Notes under the pieces: model-generated
Told to the model about the DNA's origin: nothing
What the model saw: the letters and a program-made list of their open reading frames with translations, nothing else
The model's database searches: none
Shown: positions 27,666 to 36,359 of the stretch, piece after piece
Layout: each line of letters starts with the position of its first letter
Position numbering within the stretch: position 1 is the first letter of the stretch
Program-made: the position numbers and the translations under genes
IMG/VR virus record: IMGVR_UViG_3300034073_003340
Coordinates: 186,001 to 250,000 of that record
Reading direction: 5' to 3' (one strand)
DNA length: 64,000 nt

Positions 27666-28915
27666 CGTAAAGCCTCCTGAATTCTCAAAAATACCTCTTC
27701 ATTGCCCAAAAGGGTCAAGCAGTCCACAATAGGCGGGCTTGTCTTACTCCCTGTGAGGGCCATTCGCAGAGGGGCTACCACTTTGCCCAACTTGAGGTTG
27801 AGGTTCTCTGCGACCCCATTTAGGACTTCCATGATGTGATCATGGTCCCACTCAACGTGCTTGATGGCATTGTTTACCAACGACAGAACCATCTTCTCGT
27901 TATCGTTCAGAGGTTCTGAGAGGATAATGGGACTTTTAGCCCAGAGAAACATTGTTCCCTCGATCAAAGCATTCATATCAGAAGAACGTTCTTTTAGAGC
28001 GTCAACGGCCCCCAGGAGTTTATCTTGGGGCGGTGTTGGAATGCCGCGCCCTTGAAGACCCGGAAGAATCTTTTCAGCCAAATACTGTGAAGACGACTTC
28101 CTGATATAGTGACCGTTGAGATTCATCAACTTTTTCTTATCAAGCCTCGCGGGATTTCGACCAACGTCCTTGATGTCAAACCACTCAACGGCCTGCTCCA
28201 TGGAGAAAATTTCGTCGTTGCCGTGACCCCAACCCAATCGAGCAAGATAATTGAGCATGGCTTCGGACAGAATACCCATTTCCTGGTAGTCTGTTACCGC
28301 TGCGGCACCGGTGCGCTTTGAGAGCTTTTTGCCATTCTCATCCAGGATCAGGGGAATGTGGCCATAAGCTGGAATAGGCCAACCCATGGCCCGGTAGATG
28401 CTCATCTGCCGAAAGGCATTGTTGAGGTGATCATCGCCGCGAATCACATGAGTGACGCCCATATCGTGATCGTCGACCACCACAGCTAGCATATAGGTTG
28501 GCGTGCCGTCCTTGCGGAGAATCACAAAGTCGTCGATATCCTGGGGCCATGTGACTTCGCCCTGAACCAGATCGTTTATCGTCTGTGCGCCCTTGGTCCC
28601 GCGAATCCTGACTGCCCCATCATCATAATAGGCCAGCATGTCGTCCACGAGTTGCTTGGCCACTTCAACATGGCGAGCAGCGCGCTCACTCTGCAGGACG
28701 ATCTCCCCGTCATGATCCAGCCCCAGCCACTTCATACCATCGTAGATGGCCTGGACAGCCTCGGGAGTGTTGCGCTCCTTGTCGGTATCCTCGATGCGGA
28801 GGAGGAACTGACCTCCTGTATGGCGCGCATAGAGCCAGTTAAAGAGAGCAGTGCGGGCACCACCGATATGGAGGTAGCCCGTAGGCGATGGAGCAAATCG
28901 TGTTACAATAGTCAT
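27662..28915 (-). CDS. gltX: Glutamyl-tRNA synthetase
   Basis: TRFAPSPTGYLHIGGARTALFNWL, LRIEDTD, PTYMLAVVVDDHDMGVTHVIRGDDHLNN, KLSKR, C-terminal anticodon-binding domain. Confidence 0.95.
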   Translation of the reverse strand: MTIVTRFAPSPTGYLHIGGARTALFNWLYARHTGGQFLLRIEDTDKERNTPEAVQAIYDGMKWLGLDHDGEIVLQSERAARHVEVAKQLVDDMLAYYDDGAVRIRGTKGAQTINDLVQGEVTWPQDIDDFVILRKDGTPTYMLAVVVDDHDMGVTHVIRGDDHLNNAFRQMSIYRAMGWPIPAYGHIPLILDENGKKLSKRTGAAAVTDYQEMGILSEAMLNYLARLGWGHGNDEIFSMEQAVEWFDIKDVGRNPARLDKKKLMNLNGHYIRKSSSQYLAEKILPGLQGRGIPTPPQDKLLGAVDALKERSSDMNALIEGTMFLWAKSPIILSEPLNDNEKMVLSLVNNAIKHVEWDHDHIMEVLNGVAENLNLKLGKVVAPLRMALTGSKTSPPIVDCLTLLGNEEVFLRIQEALR

Positions 28916-28967
28916 AGGGCCACTCTGCATTCAAAGTGGGTCCTTGTCTACCGCTTTGTGGATCGCG

Positions 28968-29198
28968 TTACAGCGAGTTCACATTATCCCCAATGAACTC
29001 GTCACTGTCCTCGAGATCACCCTCGGGTGTGAGAAACCAGCTGGCCAGAACCAGACCACTGCTGTCATATTCAATAACATAGATGTCACCAGCCGCGGTT
29101 GGGATCTCGTTGAGGAGATCCTTGGCTTCCCGATGCGCAAGCTCTTTGCTATTGGCCTGTTCAATCACCCCACTGTTGGGGATAAAAGCAGCAAACAT
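28968..29198 (-). CDS. Hypothetical protein
   Basis: Downstream of cassette promoter at 29253. Confidence 0.65.
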   Translation of the reverse strand: MFAAFIPNSGVIEQANSKELAHREAKDLLNEIPTAAGDIYVIEYDSSGLVLASWFLTPEGDLEDSDEFIGDNVNSL

Positions 29199-29247
29199 CG
29201 TAATCTCCGATCCTTGTTCCAACTCATTAGAGTTAGCATAGATAGGT

Positions 29248-29280
29248 GGGTCGTCAACCAGTTTCCTAGTTGACGACCCA
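29248..29280 (-). promoter_or_regulatory. Inverted repeat covering the -35 of a cassette promoter
   Basis: tgggtcgtcaac...gttgacgaccca. Confidence 0.75.
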
Positions 29281-29293
29281 GCAAACTGCCTTT

Positions 29294-29617
29294 TTAGCTG
29301 TTGCTAACGCGCACCGCTGCCACACCCTCCAGCGAGGGCGACAGCGCCAGCCAGCCGCGCTTTGCGTCCACCAGGCCGACCTTCTGACCAGCGACCAGGT
29401 TCAGACCGTCGAAACCGCGCAGGCTGAACTTGACCGACGAAACATCCTTGCGCGTCAGCTTGAGCAGCTTTTCGCCCTTGGGGAGAGCCTTGCCGCAGAC
29501 CCGATCGGTGGGCTTGATCATCAGCACGCCGTCTTCCATCTTGACGCGAACCTTGGGAGCGTCCTTGACGAAAACCTGGGTGGCGGCTGCGTTGAAGTTC
29601 AGGGTAAAACGTGCCAT
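29294..29617 (-). CDS. AbrB/MraZ-like paralog 1 (putative DNA-binding)
   Basis: KVRVK...IKPTDR...LPKGEKLL...KRGWLAL, shared with 39719 and 56865. Confidence 0.75.
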   Translation of the reverse strand: MARFTLNFNAAATQVFVKDAPKVRVKMEDGVLMIKPTDRVCGKALPKGEKLLKLTRKDVSSVKFSLRGFDGLNLVAGQKVGLVDAKRGWLALSPSLEGVAAVRVSNS

Positions 29618-29724
29618 GTTTCGATCTCCTCGTTTCCAGCAGCGCCGATCGCTGCGTCCATGTTCTCGTTCTATACTCTGGTGAGGAGAAGTCAACCAGT
29701 TTTTCACCAGTTTTCAAAATCTGG

Positions 29725-30000
29725 TTAAAGGGAGCGAGCTTCCTGGAATGTCATCTCATCCACTAGGATGATATCAGCGTCTGTTTCAATCCAGGCCCGA
29801 TCGCCGCACTGAAGCTGTGATCCGTTATATACCATTTTACTTGGCCCTTGGATCTCAACTTCTCGGGCATAACGGACTTTGCCATTTACCTTTATGGTGT
29901 AGACAGGTCTGTTGCCGCCATCTTTGGCGTTCATCGCAATATGCTGCCGGTTTACATGAATGATCTTAGGCACTTGGAATCGCCTTTGGACGACCGTCAT
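29725..30000 (-). CDS. Conserved-type phage hypothetical protein
   Basis: KIIHVNRQHI..N...PV.T.K...YAREVEIQGPS..VY...L.CG.RAWIET; start uncertain. Confidence 0.75.
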   Translation of the reverse strand: MTVVQRRFQVPKIIHVNRQHIAMNAKDGGNRPVYTIKVNGKVRYAREVEIQGPSKMVYNGSQLQCGDRAWIETDADIILVDEMTFQEARSL

Positions 30001-30373
30001 CGCCAATATGAACGAACACATACATGGCTTCGCAGACTTTGGTCTCAACCCCTGTACAGCCCGCGAGCGCATAGGTACACACCATGACGCTCATGCTAGT
30101 GGTACCCTCACGCTTGATATCAGCGTAAATGACCACTTCGTCACCAACCTTCACAGGTGCGAGGAACTTGAAGCCCTCCACCGCAACCGTTACAGTTCTG
30201 CCACCTGCTCGTCGCTTTGTAACTGCGCCTGCTGCCAAGTCCATTTGACTCATGAGCCAGCCGCCGAAAATATCACCATCTGGGTTGGTGTCGTTGGGCA
30301 TGGCAGTAAGGATGCGGACGGGCTTGCGGCCCTCATTGATTGATGCTGTCATATGACCATGTAGAGGTATCAT
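29966..30373 (-). CDS. yciA: Acyl-CoA thioesterase (hotdog fold, YciA-like)
   Basis: AMPNDTNPDGDIFGGWLMSQMDLAAG...VTVAV..FKFLAPVKVGD...GTTSM. Confidence 0.9.
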   Translation of the reverse strand: MIPLHGHMTASINEGRKPVRILTAMPNDTNPDGDIFGGWLMSQMDLAAGAVTKRRAGGRTVTVAVEGFKFLAPVKVGDEVVIYADIKREGTTSMSVMVCTYALAGCTGVETKVCEAMYVFVHIGDDGRPKAIPSA

Positions 30374-30398
30374 CTTTTCAAAGTCAATAAATAGTCAT

Positions 30399-30707
30399 AT
30401 GACAAAACCAACTGATCCTCGAACCATTCTCCGTGAATCCATCGACCGCATCGACGAGCTTATGGGTTTCAAACACCCCAAGGCTTTTGGTCAAAAAACC
30501 GAACCTAGTGATCAAGAGATTGAAAACAAGGGTCAGCAACGTCTCAAGGCAGTGGCAGATCGTGCCAATACGGAAAAGAAGTCCTATGGATTTCTCAGAT
30601 CTCTTAAGAGTAGAGTGTTTGGCAAAAAGACTCCAGAATACCAGCGCGAGCCACGTTCTCCCGAGGAACGACTAAAGGCTATAGCTGCCCGCGCCAAGCA
30701 GTCTTAA
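30399..30707 (+). CDS. Hypothetical basic protein, probably late
   Basis: One of only two plus-strand genes called in this region; TAAATA at 30388-30393. Confidence 0.7.
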   Translation: MTKPTDPRTILRESIDRIDELMGFKHPKAFGQKTEPSDQEIENKGQQRLKAVADRANTEKKSYGFLRSLKSRVFGKKTPEYQREPRSPEERLKAIAARAKQS

Positions 30708-31528
30708 TCAGAGTCACTGTCATCTTCCTGATCCACGTCTCGCTTTGTCTGAGTCTCTAGAATAATATTCGCAAAAACAACACTAGCTTCTTTTCCGCCA
30801 TGTTGGGGACCAACACCCTCACTTGGGACGATTTTCTTACGAAGTTCCCCTGCGGCAATGCTCAGAACGCTGAGACGACGCTTTGCCGCAAGAACGCTAT
30901 CAAAGTCTTTGCCTTCTTTAATGCGCTCCTGGCACAAAGTGGAATAGCCAGCCATCATTCCATCACTTGATCGAGTCAACCTAGCATCGGCCAAAAGCAA
31001 AGCGAGCTCTATCGAAGCCTCGCGGCTGACTAATGCTTCCTCCTTGATCTTGGCGATGGCGTTGACTAGTTTATTGAGATAGTTCACATCGTCCTGGCCT
31101 TTGAGATCGAGCATCTCATTGATTGAAGAGACCTTGATACTTTTCCCATTCAGGAAAACATAGGGAAACTCTGGTTCTAGTTCACCCAAGCGATCAAAGA
31201 TTTCTCCGTGAATCCAGAAGCGCGAATAGTTGTCGCCCATATTGCGGTTTGGAATTTGCTCTAGCATGTCGAGGCTGAAGTCATCGTTCTGTTCTAACAA
31301 CAGACCAGTCTGCTCATTGAAGATCGTGAGTATCTCAGGATCGTCCTCAACGCTAAGATAGCCATAGTCGTTGTAGGTGCCCTTGAGGAGGGTTGAGTGG
31401 GGCACAAACAGGTCGAATGGCCCGTGGCCATTCTCATAGGTCGGACCCCTGAGGACCATGACGTAGGCGGTTTCACCCTCTCTGATCTCCAGACCAGAGA
31501 ACCCGCACGATTCACTCCAACTGCCCAT
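30704..31528 (-). CDS. Hypothetical protein
   Basis: 274 aa, GAGG SD. Confidence 0.8.
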   Translation of the reverse strand: MGSWSESCGFSGLEIREGETAYVMVLRGPTYENGHGPFDLFVPHSTLLKGTYNDYGYLSVEDDPEILTIFNEQTGLLLEQNDDFSLDMLEQIPNRNMGDNYSRFWIHGEIFDRLGELEPEFPYVFLNGKSIKVSSINEMLDLKGQDDVNYLNKLVNAIAKIKEEALVSREASIELALLLADARLTRSSDGMMAGYSTLCQERIKEGKDFDSVLAAKRRLSVLSIAAGELRKKIVPSEGVGPQHGGKEASVVFANIILETQTKRDVDQEDDSDSD

Positions 31529-31605
31529 TTGATGCCTCTAGCTGATACGACTGATATCGTAAAGCAGCACCTTAGCACCAAGGTCTTGTGAAGCAAATAT
31601 TCTTG

Positions 31606-31758
31606 TTAAAAGTTGTTGGCTTTGAATTCTTTTACCCAGCCACGGTCCCACGCCTTGTAGTCGTCAGAGCCTTTGGGGAACGGATTATCTTCACGCTCCT
31701 TGCTGTTGTGGTAGTCGGTCCGTCCCAACTTGACACGAGGATTTGGAGCCTTACGCAT
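31606..31758 (-). CDS. RMF-like small protein (50 aa, not in ORF track)
   Basis: MRKAPNPRVKLGRTDYHNSKEREDNPFPKGSDDYKAWDRGWVKEFKANNF; GGTGG SD. Confidence 0.65.
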   Translation of the reverse strand: MRKAPNPRVKLGRTDYHNSKEREDNPFPKGSDDYKAWDRGWVKEFKANNF

Positions 31759-31933
31759 TATCCACCATTTACCAATGCCCTACTATAGATATCAAACGCC
31801 TGACCCAATATGATCATCCCTGAACCGGTCAGCATCATGATTACAGGCGCTCGTATTCCTCTTCGCCAAAAATAGTGGGCAAATGGAAACATCGCAAATG
31901 CCCACAGGAGAAATACGAGATTAAGCAGCGTTA

Positions 31934-32329
31934 TCAAGCAGTTGCTCCAGCAGCAAGACGACCCATATTCTTGATATTGTCGCCCAGCTTTGCCATCATC
32001 AGCTGATTTTTGAAGCTTTTCACGAAGTTGGGATAGACCGCTTCAATGGACGGATATTCACCGTCGCTGGTCTGGTTGACAGCGATCTGGCGATATCCCT
32101 TATCCCGAATTTTCTTCGAGGTCAAGGCCTGCAGGTCGTGAGCGCCCCACCGTCCGGGATTGTATTTGAAGGTCAGCTTCTTGCGCGTTTCTGCGCTTTC
32201 GGGCCGCCGACCCCAGAAATTGTAGAGCTTGCCTTCGACCTCGACCCAGCCCCAAATCTTGTCTGAGCCCTTTTTGCCAGCATCCGGGTCATTACACCAC
32301 AGAAATGCCTTGATAGTGAAATCAACCAT
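31934..32329 (-). CDS. WGR-like domain protein
   Basis: SDKIWG...FWGRR...KK..KGY pattern; AGGAGATCGAAT RBS. Confidence 0.6.
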   Translation of the reverse strand: MVDFTIKAFLWCNDPDAGKKGSDKIWGWVEVEGKLYNFWGRRPESAETRKKLTFKYNPGRWGAHDLQALTSKKIRDKGYRQIAVNQTSDGEYPSIEAVYPNFVKSFKNQLMMAKLGDNIKNMGRLAAGATA

Positions 32330-32380
32330 GATTCGATCTCCTCTTTTGATGCCACAATATAGCACAAAAGAGGAAACTGT

Positions 32381-32689
32381 CTAGCCCTTTTTGGAACCAA
32401 GTTGTTCCCGGGCCCTTTGGATAGCAGTGCGGAGGTCGAGGCCTTCCTCTTCCCTGAGCTTGCGAATAAGCGCAACCTCGCGGTTGATTGCCTCACGATC
32501 GATGGGACGAAAGGGGACATATTCCGCGCCGCGTTCTTCGGCCCAAAGCTTGGCCGAACGTTCGGCATCAGCGAGATTGTTGAAGCTGTCCCAAAAGGCT
32601 TCGCGATCCATGGATTCGCCCTGACCCCAAATCATAGTGGGGAGGAAGAGACCATAAGAGGTTTCCTGAACTTGGACAATCTTGCGCAT
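32381..32689 (-). CDS. Hypothetical early protein
   Basis: Follows cassette promoter 32744. Confidence 0.75.
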   Translation of the reverse strand: MRKIVQVQETSYGLFLPTMIWGQGESMDREAFWDSFNNLADAERSAKLWAEERGAEYVPFRPIDREAINREVALIRKLREEEGLDLRTAIQRAREQLGSKKG

Positions 32690-32753
32690 ATCAATCTCCA
32701 CGTCTGCTTCCGATAAACCAGATTTAGCAGAACTGGTGAATATGTCAACCAGA

Positions 32754-33032
32754 TTATCCCCACCGTAGTTTGAAATAGATAGCCTCTTTGGTAAATCGCT
32801 TTGGTATTGTGAGTATTGCTTGACGCGATTCCAAGAGATTTCTCAAAAATTCCTTCAAGTCAGCTAATGACCAAGAAGTCTCGGGAAGGTGTGAACACCA
32901 CTCGACCATGTCAAAGCAGTCAGTTTCCTCGAGATTTTCCCTACTCAGAAGCTCAAGCATTTCCTCTATATCCGGATCAGGGTCGTGCTCTGATAGTTTG
33001 AGTAGCCGACGAAGTTCTTCCAATACTAACAT
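32754..33032 (-). CDS. FKLxW-family small protein (isolated copy)
   Basis: Ends RFTKEAIYFKLRWG. Confidence 0.75.
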   Translation of the reverse strand: MLVLEELRRLLKLSEHDPDPDIEEMLELLSRENLEETDCFDMVEWCSHLPETSWSLADLKEFLRNLLESRQAILTIPKRFTKEAIYFKLRWG

Positions 33033-33035
33033 TGG

Positions 33036-33293
33036 TTATCGGTTCATCAAATAGTTTTGCCAGCTCTTTATCTCTTCTGGAGTCCAAACTCGGGTTCTCA
33101 ATGCCTTGAGTCTGCCAGCTTCAATGGCTTCAAGCAAGGGAACCAGTTCCTTCCATGTGGATTCGTCTCGACCTAACCAACTAGCCGCTGCTCGACATTG
33201 TTGTTCCAAAGAATGTGGTTCGATTCTTTCTATAATCTCATGAGCAGTAACTTGATCTCGTCGAAGATTAGCCTCTTCATTGTTGTCAGTCAT
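33036..33293 (-). CDS. Hypothetical protein
   Basis: 85 aa, ATGA-coupled. Confidence 0.7.
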   Translation of the reverse strand: MTDNNEEANLRRDQVTAHEIIERIEPHSLEQQCRAAASWLGRDESTWKELVPLLEAIEAGRLKALRTRVWTPEEIKSWQNYLMNR

Positions 33294-33814
33294 GCGCTGC
33301 GAGCCTTATGGTATTCCAGAGCCTTTTCAGGAGTGCTAAGGCCCTTGATATCGCCTTCACCCACATAAGCAAGATGCGATCTGCCATCTGGAAACCAAAA
33401 GTCAATACCATAGACCATTGGACTGTTTCCCATCAATCCCGCGCCGCCCGAGACATGCCTGATTGTTCCGTGACCAGTTTCTCCCATGCCAAGATTGAAT
33501 ACAACAAAATCTCCAGGCTCATAGATTGCCGGTTTGGCTTTACTGATTTTCTTAATCAGTTCGAGTAGTATCTCGTCAGAGATATAACCGATCTCAAGTG
33601 AGTAGCGGTCCAGATATTCCCTAGCCACTGCTAGTTGTTCATTTTTCACCAGATTTGTCCTTGAAGACGTCGCCGTAGAGAGGATGTTCCCACCATTCTC
33701 CTGGATGATACCACTGCTCGCGCCGCTTGGATTCATCCAAGAGCCGCTGAATACGAGGGCTACGTTGGATAACACCACAGTTGAAAATGCTGAAAAATCC
33801 CTGCCAGAACGCAT
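33290..33814 (-). CDS. Hypothetical protein
   Basis: 174 aa, operon packing. Confidence 0.7.
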   Translation of the reverse strand: MRSGRDFSAFSTVVLSNVALVFSGSWMNPSGASSGIIQENGGNILSTATSSRTNLVKNEQLAVAREYLDRYSLEIGYISDEILLELIKKISKAKPAIYEPGDFVVFNLGMGETGHGTIRHVSGGAGLMGNSPMVYGIDFWFPDGRSHLAYVGEGDIKGLSTPEKALEYHKARSA

Positions 33815-34087
33815 TCATAGCAAAGACTCAACTTCAATAGCGGCTAGCTTTTGTGAAACCTCTTCGGCTGTGACTTGATTTTCATAGTCAAGTCCCAGTT
33901 GCTTCAAGCCATACTGATGAAGACGAGAAACAGCATCATCTCTGGATGTTAGTTGACCAGTTCTCTCAACAATAAGAATACGCCAACGATTGAAGCCCAT
34001 ATTGGCTTTGGTCTTGTGGTAGCCGGGTGTCTCGCTGCTATGCCAGATATTCACGTTATTCGCTCCAATCGTCAGAGACTTAATCAA
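33815..34087 (-). CDS. Hypothetical protein
   Basis: 90 aa, operon packing. Confidence 0.65.
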   Translation of the reverse strand: MIKSLTIGANNVNIWHSSETPGYHKTKANMGFNRWRILIVERTGQLTSRDDAVSRLHQYGLKQLGLDYENQVTAEEVSQKLAAIEVESLL

Positions 34088-34319
34088 AGAAGCCGCGCTT
34101 GCCTTTTATATACTGATCAAAGGCATCAGTTTTGCCGAAGATCTTTTCCATCTTACTGGGCTCATCTAACTGATTTTTAAGAGCTTCCAGATCGCGCCTG
34201 TCCTGCTCTGCCTGTTCAAGCAGCCTGTGAACTTCTTTCAGCCACGATCGCTTAACCGTTATTTTGGTGTCAGGATCCCCAAAAGTCACCGACTTCAAAG
34301 TCTTCATATCAATTGCCAC
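34080..34319 (-). CDS. Hypothetical protein
   Basis: 79 aa, operon packing. Confidence 0.7.
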   Translation of the reverse strand: MAIDMKTLKSVTFGDPDTKITVKRSWLKEVHRLLEQAEQDRRDLEALKNQLDEPSKMEKIFGKTDAFDQYIKGKRGFFD

Positions 34320-34605
34320 GGAGCGTCTCCAACTCGTCCAACAGCGCAGGGAGGGCGTTAGCTGCCCCTACGAGCAGATTCATATAAGCTACAGCAAGTG
34401 GCAGCTTTGGACAATCGTTTCCACCCTCAGAGGGGCTCTCTATCCCATTATGAACAAGCATCTCTGCGATGCCACCCATATGACTTTCATCAACAATATA
34501 TCGACAATTACATGGGTGATCGGGATCACCCATATGTCCGCCATGCAGGCTAACAGTTCCCCCGACGTCATCAATCAACTTACGGAGGGCTTGAATATCA
34601 GTCAC
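34309..34605 (-). CDS. Hypothetical protein
   Basis: 98 aa; ends AANALPALLDELETLR. Confidence 0.7.
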   Translation of the reverse strand: MTDIQALRKLIDDVGGTVSLHGGHMGDPDHPCNCRYIVDESHMGGIAEMLVHNGIESPSEGGNDCPKLPLAVAYMNLLVGAANALPALLDELETLRGN

Positions 34606-34608
34606 CGC

Positions 34609-34797
34609 TTACCTTTCAATAATAAAGACATCATCGTCAGGTCTTTGAGACTGGATAACATCTTTCCAGTTTTCTGCCTGCCGGAGAGCAACATCTCTCC
34701 CAAATTCAGGGATAATTCTGAACGGGCGACTTTCAATCATCAGTCGTGATCCAGCGCCATTTTTGGGCATTCTCACAACATAGAAGCCAGGCTCCAT
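34609..34797 (-). CDS. Hypothetical protein
   Basis: Start moved to MEPGFY after GAGGA SD. Confidence 0.6.
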   Translation of the reverse strand: MEPGFYVVRMPKNGAGSRLMIESRPFRIIPEFGRDVALRQAENWKDVIQSQRPDDDVFIIER

Positions 34798-34804
34798 TGT
34801 CCTC

Positions 34805-35131
34805 TTAGTTGATCGAACGGTCACCATCAACACTTGCTCCATAGCGACGGGCCCACTTCTCGCATTTGCGGAGTAGGACCTCACATATTTCCTCGTTGGA
34901 AGTCTCTGGGCTGTGAACGAAGATGGCATCGAGGGCACAAGCGATGATGTCGATGCTTTCGCCCACAACTCCATCGGAGCCCTCTGGGGAGCCTTGTTCG
35001 CACTTGCCGACCTCCTCGTAGAGTTCGGCGAGTTCGCTTTCTGTATGGCGAGCCACATCTCTCAGGGTGCGACCGTTGCGGATCGCCCCTGAGAAATGCC
35101 TCACGATATCGATGGGATCATTTTTGTTCAT
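34805..35131 (-). CDS. MazG-like nucleotide pyrophosphohydrolase
   Basis: RTLRDVARHTESELAELYEEV...VVGESIDIIACALD...KCEKW (ExxE...ExxD pattern). Confidence 0.65.
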   Translation of the reverse strand: MNKNDPIDIVRHFSGAIRNGRTLRDVARHTESELAELYEEVGKCEQGSPEGSDGVVGESIDIIACALDAIFVHSPETSNEEICEVLLRKCEKWARRYGASVDGDRSIN

Positions 35132-35196
35132 GCTGTAAAGTAACATGAACAGGAAAAGAGTCAATGTCAAAAGCGACCGCTAAGGTCTTTGACCTT

Positions 35197-35484
35197 TTAG
35201 GAGGCGCGCGATGCGATCCGCTGAACCGTGCTGTGGCTGAGCCCCAGGATCTGACCAAGGGTGCGATAGTCTTTCGACATATTGCTGGCGACCGTCTGTT
35301 TGAGAATGGGCAGGCTACCACAAACCCCAAGCTTGGACTGTCGGGAAACCCCCTTCAGAGGGTGACCACCGTTGGCGCTCGTCAGTCGATTATATACGGT
35401 CTTCTGCGTGAGACCATGGCGCGCTGCCAGTTCCTTGATGGAAACACCGCTGCGATATTCTGCGAGGGCGATCTTGGCATTCAT
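35197..35484 (-). CDS. Tandem HTH DNA-binding protein
   Basis: SIKELAARHGLTQKTVYNRL and YRTLGQILGLSHSTVQRI. Confidence 0.75.
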   Translation of the reverse strand: MNAKIALAEYRSGVSIKELAARHGLTQKTVYNRLTSANGGHPLKGVSRQSKLGVCGSLPILKQTVASNMSKDYRTLGQILGLSHSTVQRIASRAS

Positions 35485-35554
35485 TTGCTAAACTCCTTGT
35501 TGTTGCCTGTAAATTGGTTTTAGCAATTACAGGTCACGAGTCAACACCAAAGAA

Positions 35555-35737
35555 TCATTTTCTGATGTAGACAGTAGTGTAGACGCATTTGGCATTGACA
35601 CCCTGGAGTTCACGGGCCACCACCATACAATCCTTTTTGCTGTTAAACATATGATTGCTCACCCCAGCCCCTGTGCCCCACACGGCGCCCACGCCAAATA
35701 CTCCTGGCATAACGAGTAGCCAAACCTTCAAAGCCAT
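35555..35737 (-). CDS. Small membrane/secreted protein
   Basis: Hydrophobic N-terminus, CxxVA...C motif. Confidence 0.55.
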   Translation of the reverse strand: MALKVWLLVMPGVFGVGAVWGTGAGVSNHMFNSKKDCMVVARELQGVNAKCVYTTVYIRK

Positions 35738-35741
35738 TTCG

Positions 35742-36047
35742 TCAGTCCATCCAGAGGTAGCCGTTGGGAACCTGGATAGCATCATCAGGGTCAGGACGGT
35801 CTTCATCATTGTCCATATGCTGATCGTATTCGTCCTCTTGGATCACACGGAAGCCTGGCAGATCCGAGTCATAATCCTCAGGGCTAAAGTAGGCGTCCCA
35901 GATACCCTGAAAATGTCCGTTTTCATAGACATCGAGGGCAATTTCAGCGCGCAAAGCCGAATAGTCACCATATCCCTCGGTTGCCAGGCTCTTGATAATT
36001 TCGTCTGCGAAACCTAGGGTTTCCTCGGAAGCTTCCTCGATTTCCAT
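35742..36047 (-). CDS. Acidic hypothetical protein
   Basis: AAGGAG SD; 101 aa. Confidence 0.7.
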   Translation of the reverse strand: MEIEEASEETLGFADEIIKSLATEGYGDYSALRAEIALDVYENGHFQGIWDAYFSPEDYDSDLPGFRVIQEDEYDQHMDNDEDRPDPDDAIQVPNGYLWMD

Positions 36048-36164
36048 TTTATTGCTCCTTGACGGCAGGGTTTGGTTTTTCGGTAGCAGGTCAATGCAGA
36101 TCGAGCAACCTTTAAATGTAGTCCAAAGTTTTCGGGTCGTATTTGGAGTTCCCAGTTCCAGCTC

Positions 36165-36359
36165 TCATATTTGTTCATCCTTGATGATGATCACTCCATA
36201 TCGTTTAAGTTGGCGATGGCAATCTACTTTTAGATCAAAGTCGAGAATTCCACCCATTGCTCCTGCTAGGAGCCTTTGAACAGATCCATAACGATCAGCT
36301 TCCTTATTATATACCGGAAATAGCGTATCGTCGATCTCAACAGTTACGCGGCGCTTCAC
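36165..36359 (-). CDS. Hypothetical protein
   Basis: GTGA-coupled, 64 aa. Confidence 0.6.
   Translation of the reverse strand: MKRRVTVEIDDTLFPVYNKEADRYGSVQRLLAGAMGGILDFDLKVDCHRQLKRYGVIIIKDEQI

Noticed and set aside
27662-28915. GluQ-RS (YadB) instead of GluRS
   Set aside because: The C-terminal anticodon-binding domain is present.
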